A stretch of DNA of 63,798 nucleotides, filler included, from Collodictyon triciliatum (lineage: Eukaryota): NCBI GenBank assembly GCA_043381765.1. It is 5 parts of 5 records of this genome, joined end to end, with 100 filler letters (N's around TTAATTAATTAA, not from the genome) between each part and the next. Parts side by side here need not be neighbours in the genome. Positions count along the whole stretch, not along the records: positions 1 to 16,972 come from JBHJMP010000033.1; positions 17,073 to 47,789 come from JBHJMP010000037.1; 3 more parts are not named here. One strand, written 5' to 3'. The translations under genes and the position numbers were made by a program. Below the pieces are notes generated by a model that searched no databases, was not told the origin of the DNA, and was given only the letters and a program-made list of their open reading frames with translations. Within the stretch, counting starts at the first letter, position 1; each line of letters begins with the position of its first letter. Of this stretch, positions 15,823 through 29,825 are shown one piece after another.

Positions 15823-16290
15823 TCATTCCACAGGATGAGTCTTATGAGTGGACAATGGGTCACTTTCCTTGCGTCTCTTGCTGGGCGACTCAAACAGAAC
15901 GCGATATGTCGTTGTTTGTCTGGTATTCACGGAAGTGGCGCTTGACCGTCCCCTGGTTTTCAGAACCATGCGCATTTGGCAGTGGACTTCGCCTAACCGG
16001 AATATGGCCAAACTTGTATGTGGTTTTAGAAACGTACGCTTCTGCTTGCTCGGACTGTCATTGGTGTGTGAAGTTCCAAGCTTGGATTCGACTTGTGGCA
16101 TTTGGTCTTGCTCCTTGGTTCTCGGTGCGACGGGCTGGGGCGGAATAAACAGACTATCCTTGGTGGGCGCTGATTCTTGAGATGCCTTCGCTTTGGAGTA
16201 TCGTTTCGGATACGTAACAATGGCTGCCTTGATACTCAAGTAATTGAGGCACAGAGTGATGGAGTGTCTTTGGTTACTTACATGTGGCAA
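15823..16290 (-). CDS. Possible exon of an unidentified gene
   Basis: 155-codon open frame, moderate GC, preceded by a T-rich acceptor-like tract. No recognisable domain; lies between an N gap and a scaffold end. Confidence 0.3.
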   Translation of the reverse strand: MPHVSNQRHSITLCLNYLSIKAAIVTYPKRYSKAKASQESAPTKDSLFIPPQPVAPRTKEQDQMPQVESKLGTSHTNDSPSKQKRTFLKPHTSLAIFRLGEVHCQMRMVLKTRGRSSATSVNTRQTTTYRVLFESPSKRRKESDPLSTHKTHPVE

Positions 16291-16972
16291 CTCAATTTAA
16301 AATCTAAAAAGAAAAAAAAACCAAAGTTGAAAAGACATTCCCAGCGCGACATAAAGGATGATTAGATTATGGAGGAATATAAAATACAGGTGATTTTTGC
16401 AGTAAAGGTTGCACTGAAGGCGAAAGCTTCCAGAAGCTTCTTGGATACCTTTGACCCAATAGGGCCCACATGTCATCCTGCCTGCCACTTCGCCAAATGG
16501 ACTTCACTTAATGCGTTTCGAATGTGCTTCGCCATTGCCGGCTGGGATTTAACAGGACATGTAAAAAACGTATGCCCTGCTTGAGGAACACACAAATAGG
16601 CGTCCGGTTTGACAGAAGACAGAAGATTGAAGAGGTAAGATATTTCCTTATGAAATCTAAACGATAAGTGGATTGCTTTGCCGAGCACCACGCGTGACAT
16701 ATCTCTGTTTTTTCAATGAATTAACCTATCAACAGCAAACCAACTGTAACTGCAAAAGAAAAACAATAAAATGACGAGAATCTTTAAAAACCACAATCTA
16801 AATAACCATTATTTATTTTTCATCACCCTGCCTCAACCTTGCCAGAGCATCTTGGGGATGATTTCTCAACCCAGCACGCCAATAATAATGCATCATCAAG
16901 ATTGCTTTATTTTCTTTCAACTTACCCCGCTTCTATCCCATATAAAAAGCAGCCAGATGGCCGTTGACACCA

Positions 16973-17072
16973 NNNNNNNNNNNNNNNNNNNNNNNNNNNN
17001 NNNNNNNNNNNNNNNNTTAATTAATTAANNNNNNNNNNNNNNNNNNNNNNNNNNNNNNNNNNNNNNNNNNNN
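16973..17072. other. Artificial scaffold-concatenation linker
   Basis: 44 N + TTAATTAATTAA (17017-17028, stops in all six frames) + 44 N. Confidence 0.97.
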
Positions 17073-17181
17073 TCTCTTTTTTTTTTTGCATTTTTTGTTT
17101 TTTTGTTTCCCCTCCTTTTTAAAACCAAAAAAAAACGTTTTCCCCCCCCCCCCCCCAATAATAATTCATCTTATACCATAG

Positions 17182-19182
17182 GTCGAAAGAATGTTTGCCT
17201 CCCTAAGTCCCAAAAAGAAAGTAAAAACAGAGTCATTTGATAGTATACTGGACATGCCAGCTGGCGAACTGTTGCGACAAATTGATGTATGATAGCCATT
17301 GTTGCTATTGATGTAAATTATCATGCATATGATTTATTTAATCACTCTGGTTGTACGTACAAATATAGATACTAAAGCAGGACGCAAAATTTCAAACTTG
17401 GAAGTTTGATGAAATAATCGAAAGAATGAAGGAGCAAAATGACTCAAGAAAAGTTATGATTCGGTTTGATGAACTTGTTCGCGAAATTAGAATGTAAGAA
17501 TCACGATTTTAACTTAACACGTACTATGCCTTCCTTCTCTTGAATCGAATAAAGGAAAAAAACTTAACATTTAATATTTTCTGCTTGCCACTGTAAAATT
17601 TCTTAACATTGACTTTATTCCAGATTCCATAATACTTTCAAGATTGCATATTCATTCAAATAACTTATTAGGTCATTGTCGAGAGTAAAGGGTAGCGGCC
17701 AGAAGCAGACAAATTACACAACAGGAGATATCATGAGAGAGGCTCTTCGCATATTCGATATGATGCCTCGCTCTTGTTTCTATCCCATTAACATGGTGTG
17801 TCCTGATATCTACATTATATGTCTTATTCGTCTTTTTCAGCCAAAAAAAAGGTAAACTAAATATCCAAATGTTTTACAATATAAAATAGGATGAAGTTGC
17901 CAGAGATTATGTACCTCGAGTTTTTAACACATCTGGAGTAGATATTAGCTTTATAAAAGATGTTATTGACGTCATTGCAGAGCATGTCCATGACAATTGG
18001 TCACTATCAAAATTGGAGTCTGGATGGAGGTAACTATTTCTATTAATTTCCCCTAAATGACCATATACACGAGCACATACATCATATTTCAATTCTGCTA
18101 TTGTTTAGGTACTTTTCAATAGAGTACTTTCCCTTAGATATGCCCCCGTTCGTGATAACATGAGAAAAGAGCATCCTATGTTGGTTGCATATATTAACCT
18201 AACAGAGAATGAGAAGTCGTACGATATAAACATGGCCGGCCAGGTATATCATCCTTGAGCGATTGTATCTTTGAAATTGCCTTTAAAAATTATTCATTGG
18301 CATACGTTTATGTTTTGCTTTGATTGTATTGGACCATAAATAATGAGGAACATTTAAACTCGTGAGTGCGATGGAATTCTAAAGTCAAAGCAATTATATC
18401 TTCATATGTTACTATTTAGGCAATTAAAGTTATATTGTCGCTTGGTTATACAATCACACGATCTGGAAAGAGATATACCCAGAGAAGGTCATACCCCGAA
18501 TACAATGTAAGCTCTTGGTTTTCCCTTTCATGATTTGGGTATTCGCTCGCTGAGAGAAAAGAAAAAGGGGACATTAAATTGAGAAATAGAATGTGCTGGT
18601 ATACATATCAACTTAGTCATTGCATTCTTATTATAATTGATGATTTTCAATCAAAGCATCTCTTGGGACTTGGATATGAGATAAGCATTGCAGATACGTC
18701 ATCCATTGACTTTGATGACGAAATTATTGAAGTAAGCGATATATTGGCTGAAAACGCTCACGAGGAATGGGCGCAGGTGAGATGCTTACTTTATTGTTTA
18801 AATATATATATCAATCAATACATATAATTTTAATCGAATAAAGGGGAAAAAATATCAATCTATAAATTAATGTATATACCACCTACCAACCCCTAATTGG
18901 AATAGAAAATTTAGTTTTCGTTTCAACATTTTGCATTCGCCATTACAGAAACGTATACAAGAGGGGATTCGATACGGTCCGAAGGGCTCAACAGACCAAT
19001 CATCATCTCCATACATGCTTCCTTACTTTATGCTCGACAAAGAAGACCGCATGCAAGACATTCGGACTGCTATGGAGACTCTACGAATTATTGTTTATTA
19101 CGGATACCAAATAACCAGACAACAAGAGGTATCCTTGGCTTCTAAAATCATCTCCAAGCTCCGTCCTGTCCCTAAAAATTGA
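17182..19182 (+). CDS. Protein ending in a tandem pair of RyR (ryanodine-receptor repeat) domains; probably 5'-truncated by the scaffold edge
   Basis: Repeat 1: YVPRVFNTSGVDIS...IAEHVHDNWSLSKLESGWR/YAPVRDNMRKEHPMLVAYINLTENEKSYD...AIKVILSLGY. Repeat 2: DTSSIDF...LAENAHEEWAQ/KRIQEGIRYG...SPYMLPYFMLDKEDRMQD...ETLRIIVYYGYQI. About eight GT-AG exons; stop 19180-19182. Confidence 0.85.
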
Positions 19183-20036
19183 GGAAATGCATCGCAAGAT
19201 ATGTGGTTTCTGGGACTAAACACATGTAAAAGAGACAATGCCAAAAAAAGAAAAGAAGTCATGCCATGAGAGAAAGGAAGAGTGCATATCAACTCATATG
19301 GAACATATAAATACTTTACTTCGCTCCACAATAAAACAAAACTATGCGACTAATCGTCTTCATGGGGAACCTAGACATATATTTTGCATGGTAGAATAGA
19401 TTGTGAGCTGCGAGCTCTGCTATTTACTTCAAACAAAGACCGAGCTGACCAAATCAAAACAAAAACCCCACCGATAATTATTAAATAAGAAGCAGATATC
19501 GCTCATTTTTAATACAGCCCGACCCCCAAGCTTCGTTTGCTCAAGATACAGATTTGGCATAGAATTTTGGGATAGACAATCACCTCCTCCTTTCGTTTTT
19601 TCGCATTTTTATCATATGTTTATGCTTCTTTTTTCCCCCTTTGTTCAAATGCTGTCTGAAAGATACGAATGATGCAGATAAGTGTGTGTGTGTGTGTGTG
19701 TGTGTGCGTTGAAGGCTACGAGAGAGCACATCGATATTCATAGAGGAGCATATTTTTCTCACAATGGGATATATTTTTGTTCAAAGATACGGATGGACAT
19801 TGCGCGAGGATTATTGGGGATTGTCACATCGACGTGTTTATGTAGTTGGAGGCATGGATGATAGTTGAATAGGTATGAAAGAGCGTAGAGGAAAAATAAG
19901 AAAAAAACAGGCTGAAGAAAAATGAGGATATAAAGCTTATATAGCACGTCCCAATCTCAAATGTATGATTGGGATGTTTTCATCAAATAACCTTATTATA
20001 TGCATCTAAGAACAGGCTATGATAGATGTTCACATC

Positions 20037-22929
20037 AATTTCCTATATCTTCGGGATTCTCATCTCCAAATCGATGGTGGTTATTCGTCTCCCTAGATGA
20101 GAAAACAAAGCAAAGCTAAACATAAAATTAGAAATATTATGGAATTCTTGGCTTGGTAAGAGATGATACTTAACCAACTATTTATTTATTTTTTTGGAAA
20201 AACTCATAGTCGTGTAACGTGACCAACAAAACGACATCCAGTAGTAAATTCGAACTTGATAAGTGATGAGCCTGGTGCTGTTGGCAAACATGAGTAAAAT
20301 ACGTCCCAAGACTGAGCCAATCATAGCCATCGTCCACGAGTGGTTGAAACTTTTGTCAAATAATCAAGCGAAATATGATTCTTAGAGTTGCTTCGGAGAA
20401 ATGAAAATGAGGCTCTCAATCCTTATTCTCTGGTTTCAGAATTCAAGGATAACACAATGCCTATCAATCAATACAGCTGATTAGAAGACGAATATATCGT
20501 GAAAACTTACATCGGATACAGGCTTCTCTGATTCAGTTTCATTCCTACGATGAAAATCAACATTCAAAAAATGCTTATAAATTAACATGAATCGAAGAAT
20601 GATCAGAGTTTTTCTTAACGCAATTAATCGCACTCATTTTTCACTATAAGCAACGGTGATATTCCAGTCATGCAAGTCAGTCGCATCTTCAATATTTCAT
20701 ATGCAGGCCTTTTGCGAACAGGTATTTTACTTTATTGGTAAGCATGAGTTGTTTTATGCAATATTTTGTATTATATAATATATATTACAAAACTCCATAC
20801 CCTTGAGGAATGACCATTAAAACTCCGTATAAGCAGACATATAAATGTGGATATATGGCCGGTTCGAGTAGATGGAGACGAACGGCTGGTAAAAATAAAT
20901 GCAATCTAGTTACTCATTTAGAAACATGATAAGTCATAAATCATTTCTACATCCAATAGCACACGATTGTAATCAAAAAAAAAAATAAGGAGGATATAAC
21001 CGTAAATTAGGAGAGCAAATGAAAGAAAAAGAAAAATTACTGGCAAATGCGTCGGTTTCAAGTACATAGACCAGTTTATCAAGTTCCAGTAGAAATCCTA
21101 TGCTATGGTCCAATTTTGCTCTGTGGGTTTAAGATTACATTAGTGTATAGTTAAGTCAGCGAAAAAGAAACAAAAATAAAATTCAAGTATAACAAAAAAA
21201 ATAATAATTGTAAATTGAAAGAAAATGACAGAAAATGATCAAAATAAAAAGTCGTATCGAGAAAAATCAACTTACAGTTCTGAAATTACGTACAATGCGT
21301 GTCTGTAAGCTCGAGAATAATGACAAAGGCTTAAAATAGATACAGGAGAATGACAGCTTACGGTAATTAACAGTCCATTAGTAAAAACTAAAGGATTTAT
21401 ACCCCATTTAGGCCGAGGTTACTAGCATATATTGGTGTAATTTTCGGTGTTTGTTGGCCATATTCGATTATTAATTCATTTAGACTAACCATATTCTATA
21501 TAGTGTCTTAAAAAACGTATCATTCTCAGCCTTGAAAAAATCCTTGAGTCTGCTTCGTACATGACCAAAATGAGGAGATGCAAAGACGTTGGTGTGCAGG
21601 ATTTGACTCATAATAGATACAAAATACACATCCTATAAAGTGGTCGAAGGAAGAGCAATTATGTAACCTTAGATAGTTACATGAGAAGAAAAGAGACAGT
21701 AATGTATTGGTAAAAGCAATATGTGAATTGAATCAAAAGATACGTTCTCATTCTCTATCTCTCGAGATATTTTTGTGTAGGTTACATCCTCTCCTAAATC
21801 TAGGGATATGGCCTCAAATATGTAGTATCCACGAGAGAGAAGCAGATCAAGGTGCAATCTTTTTGGAAAGAAAATTAGGCAGGCACGAAAATTAGATCAT
21901 ATTCATTTACTTTAAGATAAGAAAATTGCTTCTTCTTTTTCCCTATTTACAAAAATAGTGTGTTCATGTATACACAATAAGATCAAACTAGAATACATGA
22001 ATTCTTGACTTCATGGCTTAATAAGTAATCAGCACTTAAAGTAACGGATGATGGCAAGTATAAATTTTGTGAGCTGAGGTTCTTGGGCTAGAATACGACA
22101 CATTAAGTTGATTGAAGCACGAACAACCTGGATCGATTTCCATATTCGTTCAGTAAAATAATTATCATCATCCAGCGAATCTTTGCCTTGCGGTGATTTT
22201 TTTAAAAGATTCCGCCAAGCACCAAGTTCGGGTGGATTAAAAACACAAGTTATGAATTTTAATTGGTATTTTTCCTATAAAGTGCATAATGGTTTAAATA
22301 TTCATCAAACTCGCACCTTCTCAGAATCATCCCCAAGTCTTTCCAATATATCGTTGAAAAACATATCCAAATTATCGATAATCACATCAGGAGACTAAAT
22401 CGAGTTAAATATCAATCAATTAGTTACAGAAATTAAAGACAATATGGTTCGAATTTTCAGTATGAATAAACTCACCCTTTCAAATAGCAGCAAAATCCAA
22501 TTCAAAGAAGCCAATCGAGTGAGCAAATGCTTATCTTTTATCTGTGTGCAGTTTATAAAGGATACATATCTTGATCATTATTATTGTTGTTACCTTTTTT
22601 AAAAAAAAATAATCTTAAGTCCATTTTTATATAAAAAAATCTTTGAATCGAACAAAGGAAAAAAATATAAAAAAAACTCTATAAAGTAGACTATCATTTA
22701 AGCCATTTTTTTTAAAAAAAAATACCCGTGGGAGGACAGAGTGTATTATTTCAGATAATTCAAAGCCTATCTTTGTATTAAAATAAAGCTTCATGAATTC
22801 GTTGTTGGATATATTAGCTGCCTCTCTGATCTCTAAAGACACAGAAAAGAAATCTAGCTTAACTATGTGCTTAAGGCATTGAACAACTGTATCTTATTTG
22901 TTTAAAAATTGAAACGTCCCAGGTAAAAT

Positions 22930-22985
<56 letters not shown>

Positions 22986-25378
22986 AAATAAATTAAAAAA
23001 ATGCCTCCATTTTTATCAGATAATGGCAAGAGGATAGCATTGATAAATTGAGGCCCATGCTTAAGCATATTTTCTTGACCGAGTTTAACAAATTCCTTGC
23101 ACCAGTTTAAGGCAGTAAGCCTTGTATACTCATCTATGGAATAAGTAATCCACCGTTTACAGTATACTTCTAAATTGAAAGGGTTGGCTCACCATGAATA
23201 GGAAGATATGAATTATTCACCTTCGCTGTGAATCTTTCCAAGCAAAATCAGTGAAATTTTGTTGAATTCTATTTCCTGATAGCCTTTAATTTCATTTAGA
23301 AAATCGGTTAATGCGTTTCCTGATATACGTCTAATTTCTCTATTAGGATCTGAGAGCATCATGAATATGCCGTCCAATAGATCTAATAGCATTTTGCAAT
23401 ACACGTACTGTTAGTATCAAGCTACATATATTAATAAACAATATGTTTGAAATGTTACGGAATGTATATGTAATTTCCAACGGGAAAGTTAAAAAAATTC
23501 ATAGAAGAACAAAATATACATGTATGTGCCAAATTTATGGATTCAGTATAATATGTAGATACTTGGCAAATATTCCAGCATGTTAATATACGGGACTGAA
23601 TCAAGGACGACTATCCACCCAATAATAAATTGACGAACAGAAGGATTCGAAGAATACACAATACCCTCGATAATTTTGACAAACTCTCGAATATCAAATT
23701 TATCGTCCTCACTAACTATATCCTTCATCAATCGATCCAGGACTTGACAGCTGTTCTTAACACTCAAGTCTTTGTCACAAATTAGCTGGGGCGTAAGTGA
23801 TAATCAATATGAAAGATATCGGATTTACGAGGGCCGAGTGTCAGAAATGATTTTCTTTTATCAAACAAACAAACAACTGGACCATGTATGTGCATGTACA
23901 TACCACACAAAGATAGGCGAATATTTTATTGAACAAAGAAAGTATCTCCACTCTGGCTACTTTGGCTACATTGTAAAGAGCCTCACAAGTATAATATCGT
24001 ACCTAATTAAACTGTTTTTATTTGAATTGAAAAAAATTGATCTCATGAAGTGAGTGCTAATGGGAAGCCCTATGTATATAAATACTTTATAATCCTCATC
24101 TTGAAAACAGGGGAATAGTGATTCGCATATTATGCCACAAAACGGACCAATTCCTTTCTAAAAAATTTTTTAAAAAAGTTTAAAAGTGATATGAAGTATT
24201 GTGAGAAAAAATTGCACTGATACATTAAATACTGTAAAATTAAATTAAATTGAATTAAATTAGACCGGGCCTAAGCCAACAGCACATTCGGCTAAAGCAA
24301 GAAGGCCACCTTTTCGGGCGTGGACATTAGGAGATAGAATATATTCCAACCTCACAAATGCAATCACCTCAAGAATACCATCATAGTCTCTCCTTTTGAA
24401 TCATTATACTTTATTTATTACATGGTCTTATTATTGAAGTCACATATAATTGGCCATCTTGTGAAAAGACAAGTAAAAGAGAAGAAAAAAGAAAAAGGAA
24501 AAAAGGAAAAAAGGAAAAAAAGGAAAAAAGGAAAAAAGGAAAAAAAGAAAAAGAAAAAAGAAAAAAGAAAAAAGAAAAAAGAAAAAAGTTCCCATAGAAT
24601 TTTAAGAATCTCATATACTAAATATGAATTAAGCTAAACGACAATTTCGACATCATCAAGCGATGGTTCATTCGTATGTCTATAATTCTCATACACAAAC
24701 GATGCCCTATTTTATATAATAAAAAATTCAAGGAAGCGGCAAGGGTTAAAGATTATAATTCAATAACCTTGCAATCATCCTGGAGACTACAACCTCAAAG
24801 TGCAAGGATGCCGACTTTCGAACCTCGTAAGTCCAATCGCTGAGCTCCGTCAGAACAGATGCCGGGAAATATCGGGCACCCGGATTCACTTCAGCGTCCA
24901 AGTTGGGCATTTCTTCATAACAAGACCCTGGCAGATTAAGCACCACACTTGGTCTCCAGTCTCCAGGCTGACTCTGCTTCGCATCCATTCTGTAAGGCAG
25001 CGACTCGATTGAACGACTTGTTCTCTGAGCATCAGCCTCGTATTCATTTCGCTCGGCCTCCTCTTCTCCCTCTCCTTCCCGCTCTACTTTGTCAACAACA
25101 TCAGGCGGAGGGTGCGAGTTGTCCATATCCTCTGGTGTTGGCCAACTCGACGAGCCAACCCCGCCGGAGAAGCGGTGCGCGAGACCACCGTTGTTTGGAG
25201 AATCGAGCAGAGAACTCATGGTTTGGTGGGGGTCAGTTCGGAGAATGGATGACGTGTGGAGAGCCGGGAATGAAGCTGCTTCTTGGGACCAGGGCCGATT
25301 CCCATAAGTCCCTGAGGAGAGCGGGTTCTGTCGATGCTGCGCCCTCGCGGGAATGTCGCGGATGCGCCGGCCGGTCAT
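20037..25378 (-). CDS. VAC14: VAC14 (PIKfyve/Fab1 complex scaffold, HEAT repeats), multi-exon
   Basis: VLTELSDWTYEVRKSASLHFE; HARKGGLLALAECAVGLG; SVKNSCQVLDRLMKDIV; NPSVRQFIIGWIVVLDSVPYINMLEYLP; LDGIFMMLSDPNREIR; VRLHLLEPAIYPHLYVCLYGVLMVIPQ. The 3' end is approximate. Confidence 0.93.
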
Positions 25379-26324
25379 TCAACGGCGTATATTCGAACAT
25401 CCCTGAACTATAAATGAACGATGTTGTGTAGAATCTGCGGTATCTTTTGCTTTGCCAATGCCGAGTATATGTTTGTGTGCCTTGAAGAGATATGACTATG
25501 GCCGGGAGAGTTTTCAGCAGCGATCTAATACAAAGTCTCGTTTGGTGGGTTTTTTTTTTCGTTGAGTGTGTCTTCCATAAATGGATAAGCCCTTGAATGA
25601 ACGCAAAAGTGCTATACGGTAAATTAATAACGATACTAATAGTTCCGCAGTAAACATTCAAAATAGGTATGAATAAAGTACGGTTTTGTCTGCTATGCGT
25701 AAAAATCACGTACTGTTTCCATACAGGGTCCGTATATAATTCGGTGATGTGGCTGTTTGCGTCATCGCGGCACGTTTCGCTGGCATTACACACATTTTAG
25801 GTTATTTTCGCCTATAGGAATATCCCCGCGCGAGTTTAAATTCTCGGCTCTTTGGGAATGACGAAAGTACTTGAAGCGCAATCTCTCACCCACAAGTGTC
25901 CGCATTGTATTTGTTGACTTTTGTTGCGTGGCCTTAGCCCTTTTTTTTCCACAAACAAACACACTGGGGAAATTAGAACAGATTCGTGATTGAATCAAAC
26001 CACACAGCCAAATGCAAACAACAGGGTTGGATTCGCACGGCAGAATCAAGTCGTTGGTTGCAAACGAAGTCCATTCTCGATCATGAATTCCGGGCAAAGA
26101 AGCGGCATAAACACAACTGGAACTTGTAGAAGATGGAAGCTTGCATTTGTGATCTGTTAATCAGACGCCAGTGTTTATTGTTTTGTTTTTTTTTTGTGTT
26201 TTTTTCAGTCTTTAGGAGTTGTGCCTGGCAGTAAAGCCCCAAGAACAAATCATCTTAGCGTAAGACTTCAATGAACACTCACTAATCGTCGTAAAATCAC
26301 TCTCACACAAGAGAAGGAAGCATA

Positions 26325-26916
26325 ATGTCCATCCCCGAAGGAAACGTTGCCAATGGCGAGAAGCTGTTCAAGACCCGTTGCGCCCAATGCCACACCTATG
26401 AGAAGGTTCCTCCCTCACATCTGGCCCTTGTCCCACCCGCTTCTCACCTTTCTCTCTCTCTCCCTGCCTACCTGACCTGCTCACTTAACCCGCCTTTTTC
26501 TTTGTGAAACTTGCTTCTCAGCACTGCGGCAACTGACCAAGCTCACTTTTGCAGGGAGGCCCGCACAAGACCGGCCCCAACCTGAACGGACTCTTTGGCC
26601 GCACCTCCGGTTCTGCCGAGAAGTTCAGCTACTCCGCAGCCAACAAGAATGCCGGTGTTGTCTGGAGCGAGAAGACCCTCTTCGAGTATCTGGAGAACCC
26701 CAAGAAGTTCATGCCCGGAAACAAGATGGCCTTCGCTGGCTTCAAGAAGGAGCAGGAGCGCGCCGGTAAGGAGCCTCATAAAACTCTGCCCACGAATCCC
26801 TCTTTTCTTATGAATAATTTTTTTGATCCAAAGAACAGAAGCTGATAAAGCGTGATGGCTTTCTTTTTATAACTGCCTCAGATATCATCGCCTTCCTCAA
26901 GCAAGCCACAGCCTAA
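26325..26916 (+). CDS. CYCS: Mitochondrial cytochrome c (3 exons: 26325-26405, 26555-26765, 26882-26916)
   Basis: [14 protein letters not shown] (CXXCH), [31 protein letters not shown] (axial Met), ERADIIAFL. Strong C/G third-position codon bias. Confidence 0.98.
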
Positions 26917-27198
26917 GCCGCATCTGCAACAAACCTGCCACACACTGCCCAATCTTCAATTTCTCGTCAACCACCATAAACACAAACAAACAAAATTAGA
27001 ATTCAGAAGGAAAGGAAATGATAAGGCGTTATTGCATTTGCTTCGGGAGTTTATGAGTAGAGGCTGTCTTCATTCCAGTGCTTGTGTGTATGTGCGCCAC
27101 TGACAATATCGGAGCGTTTTATTATGCTCTGCCTTCTGAAGAGGCCGCAAGACACTGACTGAAGAGCTCCTCAAGTGAGAGGCTTGGACGGAGACTGG

Positions 27199-29825
27199 TC
27201 AGGCGGGCTGCTGTGCTGAAGCGCCTTGGGCATCGGAGATGAAGAGCTTGAAGAGGTCGCTGAGTGCCACGATCCCGATGACCCGCCGTTCGGAGTCGAT
27301 GCAGATGACGCGGTGCACACGGCGGCTGGCCATCAGATACATCACTTCCTTGAGAGAGTCTGTCAGCGAGCAAGTCCCGACCTGCTTCATCTGCGTTGGT
27401 TGTGATGAGTCTTTTGGGAGTTACTGTGATGGTTGTGATGTTGTGGGAGGGTATTTTGGCTGCGTACCTCAGACCGAAGTTGCAGCGTGTCCCGGACGAG
27501 GATGTTGAGATTGACAAACATTCTGTCCTTGGCGAGCGTCTTTGTGTTCATGTGATGCAGGAGAATAGTTTGTGAGTTGAGGTTTGAAGCGGCTCGTTTT
27601 TTTTTTTATGATCTACAATGATATTTTATTATTTTGCTTTAGTTTGTTGATGAGTTTAAATACTCACAAGAACGTCTTCCTTTGAATACATCGTGACAAG
27701 AACGCCTGAGTAAGTTTAGGTCATTAAGTAAATGGCAAAGAGGAAGAAAAATATCGTTATTCCGCGGTTCTCTTGTTAAATATGTGCAGGATTTTTCATT
27801 ATTTTGTCTTTTGCCCAGTTCGTTGCGTGTTCACTTTAATGAAGCACATTGTATTCGGTTATTAGAACTTTTATACCATTTGAATCCACGATAGGAACAG
27901 AAGAGATGTCTCTCCGTGAGAGGTTGTTCAACACCTGTATTACCGGCGAATCGAGTCGTTCTGGGTATATGCAGAACGGTATTTAGTTCGATACAATATT
28001 CGGCACACTACATGAGCGGTGTGGGCACAGCCAAGGCTTTAATTCCTCTTCGATTTATTTCGTTGGTCATTATATTGCGTTTGGTTCATTTGATATGAAT
28101 TATGTTTGTAAAGGGAATTGATCGACTTGGATAAAAGGAAATATGGAACAAATCGGACATACCTAGTAGAATATCTGAAAATGTTCCTATGTGCATGTCT
28201 CTAATTGGCTTGTCAAGAAGAGGAGACCGTGTCTTCAACTAAATTTGATTGTCAATTAATGTTGTTTTGTCTCATCAAGATAATAATATAAAAAAATTAA
28301 TTAAATAGTATGCCCCAAAATATTTCAACTGCAGCTCTCTTTCTGGTCAGTATGAGATGTCTATTCGGCTAAGCTATGATTATTCTTACATTGCGGACAA
28401 GAAAACGAAGAATGCGGATGTGTGTAAGAATGTAAAGAATATTATTCCTGTCAGATGGGTCGACAACACACAGTCGGTGGATTTTTCTACATTAAATTCA
28501 TACCAACTCATCAGACTTGATGAATCAATTTAATAAAAACTCTTATGAGAAAAATGTGCCAGAGATAAATAGCTGCTTTAATTGTTGGGCTATGATTAAT
28601 TTCCAGGGAGAAAAGTCATTTTTGAGACCTAGATATCAAAATTTGGCAAGCAGTATACAGCGAGGAGTCTGCGTCCACTGATATCAGATAATTTGGACGG
28701 GTGCGTGTTCCATACTTTTCTTTTAAAACGTAAAACATATTTTGGAGATTAAATAAACTATCACATAAAAATTTTTGTGGGGTCTGCTACCCATTATAAC
28801 GAAAAAGGATTAAAATGAAATTGATTTAAGAGAATCTAACAAGAGATTTTTATTTAAGCGTTTTGCATGGGAAACCTCTGATTTGTTTTAGTGTAAGGCG
28901 CTCAATCTCCTCTGGTTGGCTTAGCTTTGGAGAACCCATCTCGTTGTTGTACTGTCTCACTAGGTCGATGAAATCTGTTGCCTAAAAGAAATACAATGAA
29001 GAAATCATTCGTTTGATATTCACCGATTTTCTTCAACGATTTTAAATATATTCAAAAGCTTTGTACTCGGAAAATGATTAAAATATGTCTCTCTTCGGCC
29101 AGCAAAAAAAGAAAAAGAAAAAAAAAGTATGCATAACCTTTTAATGGGATTATTCAGAAGAATGAGGAATCTTATATGATACTTTAAATGGCCCAAACCG
29201 AAACTAATCCAGAAAATTGTCCAAGGGTAGCATCCCACAACGGAGCGCAGTTTATTTCTAGGTTGTGTTATTATTGTACTAAGAATATTGGTGTGATGGG
29301 CGAAAGCCGAATATCTCTATATTGGTATATTGTATGTAATTTAAGATATCTCAACATTAGTGGTATGATAAATCACTTCATCCTTGTAAAAAAAATTGTG
29401 GAAAAATATGTACATTGATATCTTGCAAGGAAACGATATGATACATATATTTATTTGTTTGGCATTCATATTGAAGGATGCTGAATTTAAAAAGGAATAT
29501 ACCATTTTCAACTAACCCAACATATGCGTGTTTCAAACGTGTCATGCTATCAAATATGATGACCTTGGAACTTTCTGGCATCAGTTCATAGCATGTGTGC
29601 GCACTTAAAAAATCTGAAATAAAAGAACGCTGGTCGAGCGGCGGCATTTCCTAGAGAAATATTTTCTTTGTGAGAATGTTACGACATCAAATCTGATATT
29701 GCACCATTATGGAGATAGAGGGGGAATAAATTTCATTTCTCGAAACGAAAAGCTGCAAACTTGACTGTCAGATGATAAAAACTCCATATTTCCCACTTGC
29801 TCACGCACAGAACTATTGGCTCCAT
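27199..29825 (-). CDS. SNF4: AMP-activated protein kinase gamma subunit (SNF4-like, CBS domains), multi-exon
   Basis: FLSAHTCYELMPESSKVIIFD...LVENG, CAPLWD, TDFID, HRLCVVD, ILTHIRILRFL, ISSVPIVD, VHRVICID...VIGIVALSDLFKLF. The 5' end is uncertain near the N gap at 30045. Confidence 0.92.

Noticed and set aside
17017-17028. TTAATTAATTAA as a biological palindrome or transposon target site
   Set aside because: It is centred in identical N padding four times, so it is a synthetic linker.
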